Below are positions 1 through 17,145 of a DNA stretch of 64,000 nucleotides, in pieces. Within the stretch, counting starts at the first letter, position 1. Each line of letters starts with the position of its first letter. The notes beneath the pieces were generated by a model, which saw nothing but the letters and a program-made list of their open reading frames with translations, did no database searches and had not been told where the DNA came from. The position numbers and the translations under genes were made by a program. This DNA comes from Klebsormidium nitens. Its lineage: Eukaryota > Plantae > Klebsormidiophyceae. The stretch spans positions 40,516-104,515 of the forward strand of contig DF237263.1 of assembly GCA_000708835.1 (NCBI GenBank), written 5' to 3'.

Positions 1-26
1 TTAAAAGATCTTGAATATGCTCGCAG

Positions 27-297
27 GTCGCGGAATTCGAGGAGCTGATATCGCGCGTCGAGAAAGAGAAGCGCGAAATAGTACTTGAGCCGAAGAAAGC
101 GATTGTGCAGCGCGACGAGGAAGACGCATACGCAAAGTCCTGGCAGAAATAATATAAACATAGAACTTGTTTTCAATCTGCAGGTGGCAGAAGTCGAAGA
201 ACTTATGGCGCGCGTCGAGAAAGAGAAGCGCGAAGTAGTAGAGCCCACAAAAGCGATCGTGCAGCGCGACGAGGAAGACGCGAGCGCGCAGGCCGCG
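27..297 (+). repeat. Two intronic tandem copies (27-~135, 184-297) of the acceptor plus first ~38 codons of dynein exon 383-691
   Basis: Each copy is preceded by CAG; copy 184-297 translates identically to 383-496 ([38 protein letters not shown]). Confidence 0.95.
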
Positions 298-382
298 CAC
301 TCTCACTTCGTACAGGAATCCTAAATACCGCGCACCCAAGCCCTTATTTTAACCGGTCGTTCAAGCCGGATTGCGCGCGCAG

Positions 383-3300
383 GTCGCGGAAGTCGAGGAG
401 CTGATGGCGCGCGTCGAGAAAGAAAAGCGCGAAGTGGTCGAGCCCACAAAAGCGATCGTGCAGCGCGACGAGGAAGACGCGAGCGCGCAGGCCGCGGACG
501 CGAAGGCGATCAAGGACGAGTGCGAGGGCGCGCTCGCGCTCGCGATGCCGATCCTGGAGGAAGCGCTCGCCGCTCTAGATACGCTCAGCCCGAACGATAT
601 TAATTACGTGAAGAAGCTGAGCAACCCCCCCGGAGCGGTGAAGCTGGTGATGGAGGCGGTGTGCGTCATCCTGGATGTGAAACCGGCGAAGGTGAGAGAG
701 GTTTCAACTATCCGTGGAGAAAACCGTGAAGATAACCGCAGGGTATGGCCGTTGAAGTAGTAGACTATTCCGCACATACGCAGTGTACTGTGCACATACA
801 GCTATTGAACATTTGTTTTCTCAAGAAATCAGCCACGATAATCGACATTTGTGGCATATCAGAACGAAACTGTTTGCCCATCTAAACAGATTCTGATGCC
901 TATCACAACGGCCATTTGGGTCTACTGTTGCCTTTTCGTTCCACCCCTTGCATTCAACCTTTAAAGAAATACGGCAATCTTACGTCCAGCATCAGGGTGC
1001 ACAGGCAAGCGCGTCTAGATGCCATCTTTCCGAAAGCGACAGCTTTTCTCGACTTGCTTGTACTTACTTTCTTGAGTCCCTTTTCGCGGATTCCTAGAAC
1101 CCGTTTTCGATTGCGTACGTCTCGCGCGCGCGCAGATCCCCGACGGCAAGGGCGGCTCCGTGCTCGACTACTGGAAGCCCAGCGTCGCGCTTCTGAACGA
1201 CAAGGACTTTTTGGGCAACCTCAAGACGTACGACAAGGACAACATCAACCCCAAAATCATCGCGCGCATCCGAAAAGAGTACACGAGCAATCCGGAATTC
1301 ACGCCGGAGCGCGCGGCGAACGCGAGCGCGGCCGCGGAGGGGCTGTGCAAGTGGGTGACGGCCATGGACAAGTACGACGCCGTCGCAAAGGTGCGCGCGC
1401 ACGAGCTTGATTTGCTTTTGCTGGGAAAAACGTGTCGGGTAGTTATCCTCAATAGAGAGGTTTCAGAGTGAGTCCCGCCATTAGTGTTGTGGACTTTGCG
1501 GAGGGGCTGTGCAAGTGGGTGACGGCCGTGGACAAGTACGACGCCGGAGCGAAGGTGCGCGCGCGCGAGTTGCCTTTGGCTCTTTGCTGGAAAGAAGCAT
1601 TTTGTTGTTTCCAGTAATTTCTCTAGAGTAAGCTGTTCAGGGCGGCTTGAATTGAAATTCACTTCGAATATTGGGTTGACCAGCTTCATTCAACTTACTC
1701 GGGTCAGTCGATGAGCCGCCTGAACGTCTCAGGTTGCAGGGTCCTACATCAGAGCTCTTGAAACCTCTTCGCAACCCAGATTCAGGCACAAGAAGCTGAC
1801 GAGCGTTTCCGCAACGAAACTACAAGGCGCTTTGTTAGATTTGAACGGAAAAAGCGCAAAAACCGGAATTCAACTCAAATCTAGCGTACGTAGACCTTCC
1901 GTCCTCCAAGCGCTAAATCTATACTTATTCGTTTCAGGTGGTAGCGCCCAAGAAGGCCGCGCTCCAGATCGCGGAGGACAAGTACGAGACGGTCATGGTG
2001 GGGCTCCGCGCGAAGCAGGCGGAACTGAAGGCGATCCTGGACAAGCTGGCCGGAATGGAAGCGGAACTGGAGGTCAACATGCGCAAAAAGGAGCAGCTGC
2101 AGGTAAGATGACGGGCGGCCGTTCCATCAAGGCGCAACACGTTCGTCAAGTCTTTTGATGCTTTCTGACGGGTTATTGGTTCTGCGCTGTTATTCACCTA
2201 GAGATTGTGGGGCTGAAGAAGACGCCGATGCGCCAGCTCTGTTCCAGACAACTAGTTGCACGATAACCCAAAGACCTGAGTTTATGTATCTAACCAAGTA
2301 CAAGCGATAAAGAAGTAAGGGGCAAATCTCCAAGCACAAGCCTGTTTAAGAGTCGGTACCGAAGCTCCGATCAAGCGTCAATTGGAAAGTGTCACCATTG
2401 AGACACCTCGTGACCCTCCAGAACCTTTCACATTCCAGTATGCTCACATCATTTTTTTCTCAACTCCTACCCTCAGCACGAGGTGGAGCAGTGCACGGTG
2501 AAACTAGAGCGGGCGGAGCAGCTGATCGGCGGGCTGGGCGGCGAGAAGACGCGCTGGACCGCGGCCGCGGAGGAGCTGGGCGCGGAGTACGACAACCTGA
2601 CCGGGGACATGCTCGTCGCGGCAGGGGTGGTGTCGTACCTGGGGGCGTTCACGGCCGGGTGAGTGCACCGGGCTACCCCGTTCTAAGGATGGGGGGTCTT
2701 TTACAGTCTCATTCAGTGAATCTTGGACTGGGGTTACTGGCAGCTTCAAAGTGCTGCAATCCAACAACTCACGTTGTGCTTTGACTGGCTTCAATCGACA
2801 TATCAACATTGGGGATCAAGTGGAAGATTGTCGTGTAGGCCGTAGATTTAAGTCACTGCTCAAAGGCTTGACCAAGAAACGGCGAAGTAGATAGCGTGAA
2901 CTAGGAAGGGAGCCACGGAAAAGGAATGCTGACTTCCAAAGCCAACTTGGTTCATCCTACTTTAAGGGCTCGGCCGATGGTGATTGTCCTGCTATGGGAG
3001 CTATTTTTCATCCATGACTTCCCAATTGTGCAGGTATCGGCAGGAGATAGTTGAGAAGTGGGTGGCGCTCTGCGCCTCGGAGCAGATTCCCAGGTCTCCC
3101 ACCTTCTCCCTTACGTCGGTTCTTGGTGACGCCGTCAAGACGCGGGAGTGGCTCATCGCTGGATTGCCGAACGATTCCTTTTCGATCGAGAACGGGATCG
3201 TTGTTGCGAACGCGCGCAAGTGGCCACTCATGATCGATCCGCAGGGGCAGGCCAATAAGTGGGTCAAGAACATGGAGAAAAACAATAACTTGCAGGTAAG

Positions 3301-6300
3301 GATTCGTCACCCATTCGGCGTCCTAGTGATTGAGCTCCCAAAATGACACCCATGATTTTCAATCTGTATTCGATCAGAGAGCTTCTGGTGCTCTCCAAAG
3401 AACTATTGATCATCGTACCTTGTATTGATGTCTCCATGATCAAATTCCAGTGATTTTGAAACATTGGGGTGACGGGTTTGCATCCTTCAGAGCCTCTTTC
3501 TCATGGCCAGAAACGAGCTTTTTGAGTAGTGCGGTTAACTCTACGGTTACTACTAACCCGCAGGTCATCAAGCTGACCGAGGGCGGGGAGTACATGCGCA
3601 CGCTGGAGAATGCCATCCAGTTCGGTCTGCCGGTGCTGCTGGAAAACGTGGGAGAGGAACTGGACCCTTCGCTGGAGCCGCTTCTTCTGAAGCAGGTGCG
3701 CTATCCAAGTTCTTCTGAATGTGTTGATGGAAGTGGGACTTCTGGAAGTCCTTGATCACCCCTCCGTCGCTTCAATCTTGGCTTGGTAATTGAAAAGATC
3801 AAACCCCAACGTCTTGTCTACCTCTCCCGTCTCTCAAACTTCGGTGTGTGTCTGATCATTCGTCGGACCTTTCGTCATTTCGAACCCCGTCTCCAGCCTT
3901 GCAAAGCTTCTTCAATCATGCCACGATGTGCAAGAGGCGAATTGGTCAGAGTAAAGCTGCCCAGATCCCGCGGCCGCTCATCCGTCACCCAATTCCTCCG
4001 AAGTGAGATTCATGAAGGACGTTCTTCGGGGACACAGTCTGTTTCTTCAAGCGCGAAAAGTCACTCGTGAACCTCCTGTCAAACAAGTAGCCAGCCCTCT
4101 CCGCTCAACAAGGACCCGTTTCAATTCCGTTCAGGTTTTCAAGGTGGGCGGCGTTCCGTGCATCCGGCTGGGCGACTCGACGATCGAGTACTCCTCCGAC
4201 TTCCGCTTCTACATCACCACCAAGCTGCGGAACCCGCACTACCTGCCGGAAACCGCCGTCAAAGTGACGCTACTTAACTTTATGATCACGAAAGAGGGGC
4301 TGAGCGATCAACTCTTAGGCGTGGTAGTCGCGAAAGAACGGCCGGATTTGGAAGCCCAGAAGAACGAGTTGGTGGTTCAAGGGGCGGAAAACAAGCGGAA
4401 GTTGAAAGAGTTGGAGGATCAGATTCTGGAAGTGTTGTCCAGTTCGGAGGGCAATATTCTGGAGGACGAGACGGCGATCCGGGTAATTAGTGAGGCGAAG
4501 GCTGTGGGGAACGACATTGCGGAGAAGCAGGTGGGTTGATTTATCGTATTTTGGCTGTGGTCCTGGAAAGTGAGGCTCCAGCTTTTTGCTTTCGTGATAT
4601 TATCGACAACCTTTTGAACCCTTTGTCTGTTCGGCTGTTTTTGGTTTCACATCTGTACCGTGTTCAGAGGTTTGACGTGACTGCAGATAAGATCGTGGCA
4701 ACTGTTTCACGTAGAATGGGCGTTTTCAATCTTTATCTTTTTCTATCGTGGGTCTTCTTGCACCGTTCTCTACTTTTCTGTATCTTTGGTAGAGGACACT
4801 TCAAAAGGTCACTTAAACGTGGAAAGCAATGCGTTCCTCCATTAGAGTATGTCCAAGAAGCTGTGTTAAGGAGGAACCTGCTGAACGGTTGTTTTTTCCT
4901 TTCCAGGTGCTCGCAGAGCAGACGGAGAAGAACATCGACAGCGCGCGGCGCGCGTACAAACCCTGCGGCGACTACGGCGCGACGCTCTTCTTCTGCATCA
5001 CCGATCTCGCCAACATCGAGCCCATGTACCAGTACAGCCTCCCCTGGTTCGTCAACCTATTCGTCGGCTCGATCGCCGCGAGCGCGCGCGCGGACGACGT
5101 CAGCGCGCGCCTGGAATCCATCCACGCGCACTTCACGTACGCGCTCTACTGCAACGTCTGCCGGAGTTTGTTCGAGAAGGATAAGCTATTGTTCGCGTTC
5201 CTGCTGACGTCGCGCATCATGGGCGCGCGCGGCGAGGTCGACGGCGCGGAGCTCATGTTCCTGATGACGGGCACGTGCGGCGTCGCGGCCGCGGCCGCGG
5301 GCACGCCGGCGGCCGGCGAGAACCCCGCGCCCGCGTGGCTGCAGGAGAAGGCCTGGGGCGAGCTGTGCACGCTCGCGCGCCTGCCGGCGTTCGCGGACGT
5401 GCCGGCGTCCGTGAAGGAGTCGCCGGACGGGTGAGAAAGGCCTCACGGAATCTGGTCATTCGAATCACGACCGTAAAATCTTTCTGGTGCCAGGTGTTAC
5501 CGGTCGGTCCTGAGGTTTAATGCATCTACATTCTTCCGAGTCGGCATAGATACCGAGCAACACCGTTCTGAATAGGTCTCGAGCTTCGTCTACGATCAAA
5601 TTTGAGAAGCCTGCTGATTTGCATGCATGTCCATGTCCGAAGACAGAAAGGATGTCTTGGGAGAATTGGGCCTCCTGTCCGCTGTTGCACGGTCCAGTCC
5701 TTATCCAGTGCCCAAAGCCTGAACATCCGAACCAGATTGCCAACAAATTTTCGTCTAGGTGGCATACAGTTTGATTCATTAATCTTTTCCAAACCAAGTT
5801 TTGATGGCGTCTATACAGCCGTTCATCTTGACGTTTTCAACGGCTGACTTTTCTCTTTCCACCTTTCTCGCTTGCTCTCCATCGTCAGTCTTCCGTCTGC
5901 TCGTTCTTCATCCTTGACTGCCTGAAACGTTGCAAACATATCTGCAACTTCCCGGGCTTCTTCCACCTCTTCTCTGACTTGGCGCTTGAAAACCCCCGCA
6001 GCTGGCGCGCCATCTACGACTCCCCCGAGCCGCACACGGTGACTCCCCCCGGTTCCCTCTCCGGGCTTCCCCTCTTCCACCGGTTACTCCTAACCCGCTG
6101 CCTCCGCCCGGACAAAGTCGTTCCAGCCGTCCAAGACTTCGTCGCGTCGATCATGGGCCGTCGATTCGTCGAGCCGCCGCTCTTCGATCTCGCCGCGTGT
6201 TACGCCGACAGCTCCGCCACGTGTCCGCTCATCTTCGTCCTGAGCGCGGGGAGCGACCCGACGGCCGCGCTGCTGAAGTTCGCGGCCGATAAAGAGATGG

Positions 6301-8580
6301 CCGACAAAATCTACCCGATCTCGTTGGGCCAGGGCCAGGGCCCGAAGGCGGCCGCGATGATCGCCGACGCGGCCGCGGCCGGCGCGTGGGTGCTGCTCCA
6401 GAACTGCCACCTGGCGCCTTCCTGGATGCCCGCGCTCGAAAAGATCTGCGAGGATATTTCCACCAAGGGCGAGGTTAACCCGGCGTTCCGGTTATGGATG
6501 ACCAGCTACCCTAGCCCGAAGTTCCCGGTTAGCATCCTGCAGAACGGGGTTAAGATGACTAACGAGCCGCCGAAGGGGCTCAAGGCGAACATCCGCCGGT
6601 CGTACGGGCTGGACCCGATCGCGAACGAGGACTTCTTTGGCGGGTCGAAGCGCCCCGGGCCGTTCCACCGGTTGCTCTTCGGGCTGTCGTTCTTCCATGG
6701 CGTTATCCAGGTGAGAAGCAGCTGCCTTTCGTTTGATAGACTGCTTCCCACTTGAAAACAGGCTTCGTGTAGCCGGTGTTGAACTTCTACGCTCGGCGGT
6801 TCTCCAAATGAAGTTTCAAGGACCTCCCAGTCAGATTCGGGGGGCCATACTCTTTGGAGTTATGCTGGCCTACGATAGGTCAGCACAAAGCAGCGAAGCC
6901 CGAGAATCAACGGCCGCTCCAGTGCTTCGTACAGCGACATGGTTTTCTAGCTCTCTGTTCGCATATCCTGCTATCTCTCTAGGACCGCGAAGATTAACGT
7001 TCTGTGATCACTTGCATACGTTACGAAGCAATCAGTTAGCGACACTCGCCTCTTTTCTCCGGTTGCTCGATTCTCGTCTTGACCGCGTCAGAACCAATCG
7101 CGAACCAATCTCGAAGGAAGTTCTGCGCACCAGTTCCGCTCTTGGCTTACTTGCCGCTCTTTGCTCGTTCCTTGGTTTCATTCTCTAAAAGCTGTGAAAC
7201 CTAGCTCTTCTCGTCGTGCACGACTTTAAAGCCTGTTTCACACCTCCTGAACAGGAACGCCGCCGCTTCGGCCCGCTCGGCTGGAACATACCCTATGGCT
7301 TCGACGACGGCGACTTACGCATAAGCGTGCGGCAGCTGCGCATGCTCTTAGAAGAAGCGCCTTCTGACGACTCCCTCCCACTCGAGGCGCTGAACTACGT
7401 AACGGGGGAGTGCAACTACGGGGGCCGCGTTACAGATGACAAGGACCGGGTTCTGCTAACCACCATCCTGCGCAACGTGTACTGTCCGGATATGCTGCGG
7501 CCGGGGTATAAGCTATCGGAGTCGGGGCTGTACTTCGCACCAGAGGCGGATACGCTATCGGGCGTGCTGGAGTACGTGGAGACGCTGCCGATCGTGCCGC
7601 AGCCGGAGGCGTTTGGGCTGCACCCGAACGCCGACATTGCAAAGGATATGAACGACACATCGCTTATGCTCGGCAGCCTGCTGGTTATCGATTCAGGGGG
7701 CGGCGGCGGCGGGAAAAAGGGGGGGGGTGCGGAAGTGGACGCAGTAGGCGCTGTGGTGCGCGACATTCTCGCGCGGCTGCCGCCCAATTTCGACATCGAA
7801 GCGTGCCAGCAAAAGTACCCGGTGCTATACGAGGAGAGCATGAATACGACGCTGGCCCAGGAGATGACGCGGTTCAATAAGCTATCGGAGAAGATCCGGA
7901 CGAGCCTAACGGAGATGCTAAAGGCTATCCAGGGCCTTGTGGTTATGAGCTCGGATCTAGAGACCGCGTATCGGAGCATCGCGGTGAACCAGGTCCCTGC
8001 GATGTGGGCACGTGTCAGCTATCCGAGCCTCAAGCCGCTGAACGGGTACGTGAAGGACCTGTTAGAGCGGCTAACCATGCTCCAAACCTGGTTCGAGACG
8101 GGCAAACCCGCGGTTTACTGGATCAGCGGGTTCTTCTTCGCGCAGTCGTTCATGACGGCCGCGCTGCAGAACTACGCGCGCGTGCAAAAGGTAGCGGTCG
8201 ACGAAGTCGGTTTCGATTTCGAGTTCCTAGGTATGGACCCGGGGGAATACACCGAGGGCCCCGCCGAGGGCGTTTACATCCGGGGCTTGTACCTGGAGGG
8301 CTGCGCCTGGGACCCGGTGAAGAAGCAACTGTGTGAATCGGCGCCGAAGGTGCTGCACACTTTCGCCCCGGTTATCTGGCTGAAACCCACCCCGGTTAGC
8401 AAGATGAGCCAGTACCCGCACTACGACTGCCCGATCTACCGGACGGCGGAGCGCCGGGGGGTGCTCGCGACAACCGGGCACTCGACCAACTTCGTGATGA
8501 AGATCCGCATGCCGACGGACAAGAAGGCGAGCCACTGGACCATGAGAGGGGTCGCAATGCTGTGCGCGCTCTCGGATTAG
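383..8580 (+). CDS. Axonemal inner-arm (single-headed, DNAH3/7/12 group) dynein heavy chain, 3' part (stalk, MTBD, AAA5, AAA6, C-terminal domain); 5' end lies outside the window
   Basis: Exons 383-691, 1136-1390, 1938-2102, 2477-2658, 3034-3295, 3564-3695, 4135-4530, 4907-5430, 6002-6710, 7255-8580; GT-AG introns, phases consistent (4260 nt). Motifs: [91 protein letters not shown]-terminal [15 protein letters not shown]. Confidence 0.95.
1498..1595 (+). repeat. Intronic copy of the 3' end, donor and intron start of dynein exon 1136-1390
   Basis: gcggaggggctgtgcaagtgggtgacggcc..gacaagtacgacgcc..aag|gtgcgcgcgc occurs at 1333-1400 and again at 1498-1564. Confidence 0.93.
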
Positions 8581-9851
8581 TCCTTTATTTGTGGTCTTAC
8601 AGCTGTTATCCGAAAGAAGGACGTGCTACGTTTATACTGTAGTAATAACCAGATTTGTAAGTTCAGAGATACTGAAAACCTTGGAGTAGCTCAAAAACAC
8701 GTATAAAGCTGATCCGAGTATACAGGTAGGTTGACGGGCTCGAAATGGTCACTGTTTTTAAGAGCTCAAGAACATGTCTCATTATTTTGTTTTCCTGGTG
8801 GTGTTATAACAAGTCGATGGCGACACTGATGTTACCATGCCTGGCCCCGCCCCAGTCGCGTCCAATCCGTAGCTGTGATGGCAGCACTCAACTTTAGACT
8901 CATCAGACGGCCCAAGTTCAACGCTTGCTGTCAAATGCGGCAGGAACTTGCTTCCCTTCCCGGGTAGGATAGAGAGTCGCTTTGAAACAACAATCAACTA
9001 ACATACAGGTCATGAGGACAAATCCTCACACAACCAATAACTACTGGCGGTTCACATAATTGAAACTGCATGACTCTCAGACTCCGAGTCCCTGTCATAA
9101 TACTAGGGACGCGGCTCGTGAGGTTGAATCCGACAAAAACCAACCCTGACCATGCCTTTGGACTGCACGTATGAGTCGCAGCATTGGTTTTGTTAGTGCC
9201 TTTGGTTCCAATGCAAGTATGCAAGAGAGGACAGGACGCGAGTAATCTTGACACATGTCTATCAATGCCAAGAACGCTCGACCTTGATCGGCAACTAAGC
9301 CTGCAAACTTGCTATCATTGGAACAGTTGACGAATACTTGTAGTAAAGCGATAGGATCGTATGAGGACATGCGCCTATGATACGGTGTCTATTCTCAACG
9401 AGAGCAGATCATCCTACAAGGGCTATACTCGCCATATGCGGCAAGTTTCTCAAACGACCGTCTACAGCGGCCTGCAAGTGGGCCCAGTGCGATTGATGGT
9501 ACACACGTAAGACGGATCAGCTTGTGCAACAATTACGAGTACAGGCATTGAATCAAGTGTTCAAATCGTGCAGCCAAATCGAATGTGCGCAGTGCGCCCG
9601 CAGTTCCTATCCAATATTGGCTTTGCCCTTTCATTGTCGATGTCTTCACTAATATCCAGTCCGAGATTCCCTTCAGTCCCTGGTGCCTGGTGCCTTGTGG
9701 ACTGTCTTCATTTATTGAAGCATCGAGACAGCAGAAAAATCTGCAGAGTTTCCTGTATCCCTACAAGATATGTTGAACGAATGCTACGTTCTCCATGGCA
9801 GAGTCTGTTCATCTGACGCACAACAAAGTATTCTGTCCGGGAAAAGCTCCT

Positions 9852-10895
9852 TCACACAGACATGTGCAGGACAGTTGGCATACTGAAGTCACGCCAGCCG
9901 CTGGAACTAGACATCAGCTTCCAAAGCCAATCACAGCGGAGTCTTTTCTCCATAAAGCGCCGGCCGGTTTTGTCAGGAATACACAGTGAGCAGCACACCA
10001 CGAACTGGACACCCCAATCGCTGCTTTTCACTTTCAGGGTACCACAATCTTCCTTCTGGCCTTGGGTGAGCATCGTGTCAAGATTCCCTTCGTTTGTGAT
10101 GTCTAGATCTGCGTGGACAAAGAAACCGATACTCACTTATCCCCCAATTTCTGCGACTGTTTTGGCCCCATTGAAGTGTATCGCTTCGTCGGCTTCATAC
10201 GCCAAACTTCTGAACAGTTGGAGACGTATTGCATCGGGACCTCTTAGGAACAGTGGTGCTGCTGCTCCACTCAAAAGAACGTACGACTCCAAGAGAACTG
10301 CGCTTCCGTGTGCATCCTTGAAGATTCCAACATCAGAAGTTCCTGTCATGAGTTTTGCAATGCTGTCCTCTATCTTCGCACTCTGGATGAGCAGCTGCAG
10401 AGGAGCTTCTAGTTTGAATGTGTATTGGCTGGTTGAAGGGTGAAGTGGCCTGATTGTGATGCCTACGTTCTTATCAACTGTCCACATGAGAAGTTCTCCC
10501 TTCAGCGATCTCACGAGGAAGAGAACCCTAGTCTGCCCCAGGAAGGACCTTGTCTTTTGGGATGCATTCGTGTCGGCTAGTATCCGCTCATCCCAGCGCG
10601 CTTTGACCACACCCTCGTATCCACCAAAGCAACCAAGGGCGTTCTCGAGGGCTCTAGTTTCTGGTTAGTCACCAAGGAGCTCCGAATGGCTGTGACAGAT
10701 CCTTCTCCACAGGTCCAGCCGTCTGTCAGATGCGAGAGCCTCAAAACCTCTCCATGATTGTGTAGCGTCTACAAAGGAGGGGGGGTCCTGCATTGCCAAC
10801 TTGCTGAGGATGATTCCCAGAACGTCATGTGGAAGATTCCGTAACGTTCTCTCCTCCTTTTCTGCAATCCTGACGCCTTCGCGGGCTGGTGACAT
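9852..10895 (-). pseudogene. Probable intronless F-box protein pseudogene with in-frame stops
   Basis: ORFs 10665-10895 (TLRNLPHDVLGIILSKL, F-box-like), 10137-10610 and 9852-10136 are all in one frame, separated only by single TAA codons at 10665-10667 and 10137-10139. Confidence 0.55.
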
Positions 10896-12638
10896 GCAGG
10901 GGTCATTTGAAATGTCAGACCGACCATCTCCTTCTGAAGCACCTTTTGCTCCTTGTCCTTTTGCTTTAGACTTCGGGCCCCCCCGAAGCTTTTGCCAAAC
11001 TTGCTGCCAATCTGGTTCTGATCCTCATCGTGTCTGGTGCTAAGCAGAACCTTACAGTGAAGTATCTTCATACGCAGCTTTGAAGAAACCCAGGACCTGC
11101 CATTTAAGAAACCAAGCGCCTAGAAGAGGACACAATTTCTAGCATCAGAGTCCCGCAGATCAAGTTCTCCATCGTGCTTATCCTTTCCTGAAAAGCAGGA
11201 GGTAGAGAAGAGGGCCGCGTATGGCCTGCGGCGCTTCTCTTAAGACAGCGCTTCTTAATCACGAAACTCCCTTGATGCCTTTGAGGTCTTCACAGCCGCC
11301 AGCAGATTCGCAAAAGCCGCGCAACCTACTTTTTGCAAGTTTCAGCTTTGCAGATTGCGTTGCTCACTGAGCGACTTCTGCTCCTCCACGCCATGCGACG
11401 TTCTCTCGGTAGACATGACCGGTGATTGCTTCGACTCTCGTTGCCCCTGCCATTTGCCCGGGTTACCTGGCATGCACCTGGTTAAATTATCTCTACAGTA
11501 CTACGCAAGATTGATGGTTCTGTGCAACCGCAAAATCAGCGTAAGTATGCTTCTGAAAGCAAAAGCTTACAGGACGTTCCAGTCGAAATGTTTGATCGCA
11601 AGCAAAGTTGCTTCTAGCTTGCGAGGGGCTTGCGAACATCTATCTTAGTGATTCTTAATTAGCTCATCTTTTAAATCAGTCTAATTCTTATCCGGTTTTG
11701 ATCCTGACCGTACGATCCTTGAAACGGTACTTGTCCCGGCCCTGGTGCTAACATACATGTGTGTCCGGCATGATGCCTTCCTAAGATTGGCGCAACTTGT
11801 GCAGTTGAATGACACCGGTGAAAATGGCACGTTTTATGTATCCCAACGCGTGTACTGTATCAACATTGAGTTACTACGTACAGTGGATACTTTATATAGC
11901 TTCAAAAAAAAGATGCACGAATTAAAGTTCTTCAAGTCGTGGCGCTCAATATCATGCTGCTTTTAACAAGTTGGAAGTATGAATGCATGACATAGACGAT
12001 AGTAGACTGAGCTAGACTCAGAGCAGGATTCAGGAGCACAATTGAACTTACACCGTTCATTGGCTGAAGTAAGTAAGTGGACCCATCAATTCGTTATATT
12101 TGCCTGGCAGGAAACCTAGCTAACCACAAACAGTAGAACAGGCAAAGATGTCCGCCTACGTCATTGCCCTAAGCCTGCCGTTCTAATTCAATCTTAGCTG
12201 CCCTATGTCAATCTGAACACTATGCAGCCTAGCTAAGTTGAATGCGAATTCAACAATCTAATCAGGCCGTATGATTCCAATGGCTTTATATAATATAGTG
12301 CTATCCCGTTGCTCAGTGCACGCTTACGCCTTAGAAGCGTGCTCCCCAAATTCCATTGGTGCTGGCCCGCACGCCCTGACTTCTCCTACTACACTCATGA
12401 TTGATGAATTGTACAGATAACTTCCTAAGTGACTAGCACGTGTCCCAATCGACTTTGCCGGCTGCGAACCTATGCTTCTGATTAGAGGTAGCGCTTTGCC
12501 TCGCCACTGCTTGTATCCTTCCGTCTCGCGCTACACGTCTCTTGCTTTGAACCAGACCTTGCCTCCCAATCAAGAGTCCCAAATTTTATTACTCGAACTG
12601 ACACTTTCCAGAACACATAGACCCCCTTTAAAAGGTTT

Positions 12639-16679
<4,041 letters not shown>

Positions 16680-17100
16680 GTTGTCAAGTTTCAGAGGATT
16701 GCAATCAAAGCAACAGCTGATTTTGCAGAGGCGCCCTCGCAGGAGCACTTGGAGGGCCTTTTGAGCTCAAGCTCAAACCAGATTTTCGTCTCCCCTGCTG
16801 TGCTTCGAGTCAGAAGTTGGTGTCATGAGGAGCAGGCTTTCCTGCGGAGCTTATTGCAGCTGCTGCGGCAGCAGCCACCCCATTTGAAGGACAAATTAGG
16901 AACGTTGTGGAAGATTCTGCTTGCACTCTCCTGCCGCTCGATCAGGGGAGCTTCCATTCTGACGTCAGCTGTAGGAGGCTTTGGACTGGTAGGATCTTAC
17001 TCGGATATGGACCGTGCGATGAGGGGACCCCTGAAAAGAGAGCTCCAGCACACCCTCCGATGCCAATGTAATGGAAAGGCAACTTGTCACTCTAACCGGG

Positions 17101-17145
17101 AGACTAATAGACTAATAGACTAATTTGTGACGATTGTCACAAATT
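17101..17145. repeat. Three tandem AGACTAAT units overlapping a perfect 10-bp inverted repeat (AATTTGTGAC-gatt-GTCACAAATT)
   Basis: Read directly: direct repeats at 17101-17124, palindrome arms at 17122-17131 and 17136-17145. Lies between the divergent OYE and kinase starts. Confidence 0.85.

Noticed and set aside
4900-8540. Long antisense and alternative-frame ORFs over GC-rich exons (also at 20000-20575, 30917-31447, 44540-45541)
   Set aside because: Shadow ORFs expected from high GC3 codon usage of the real exons.
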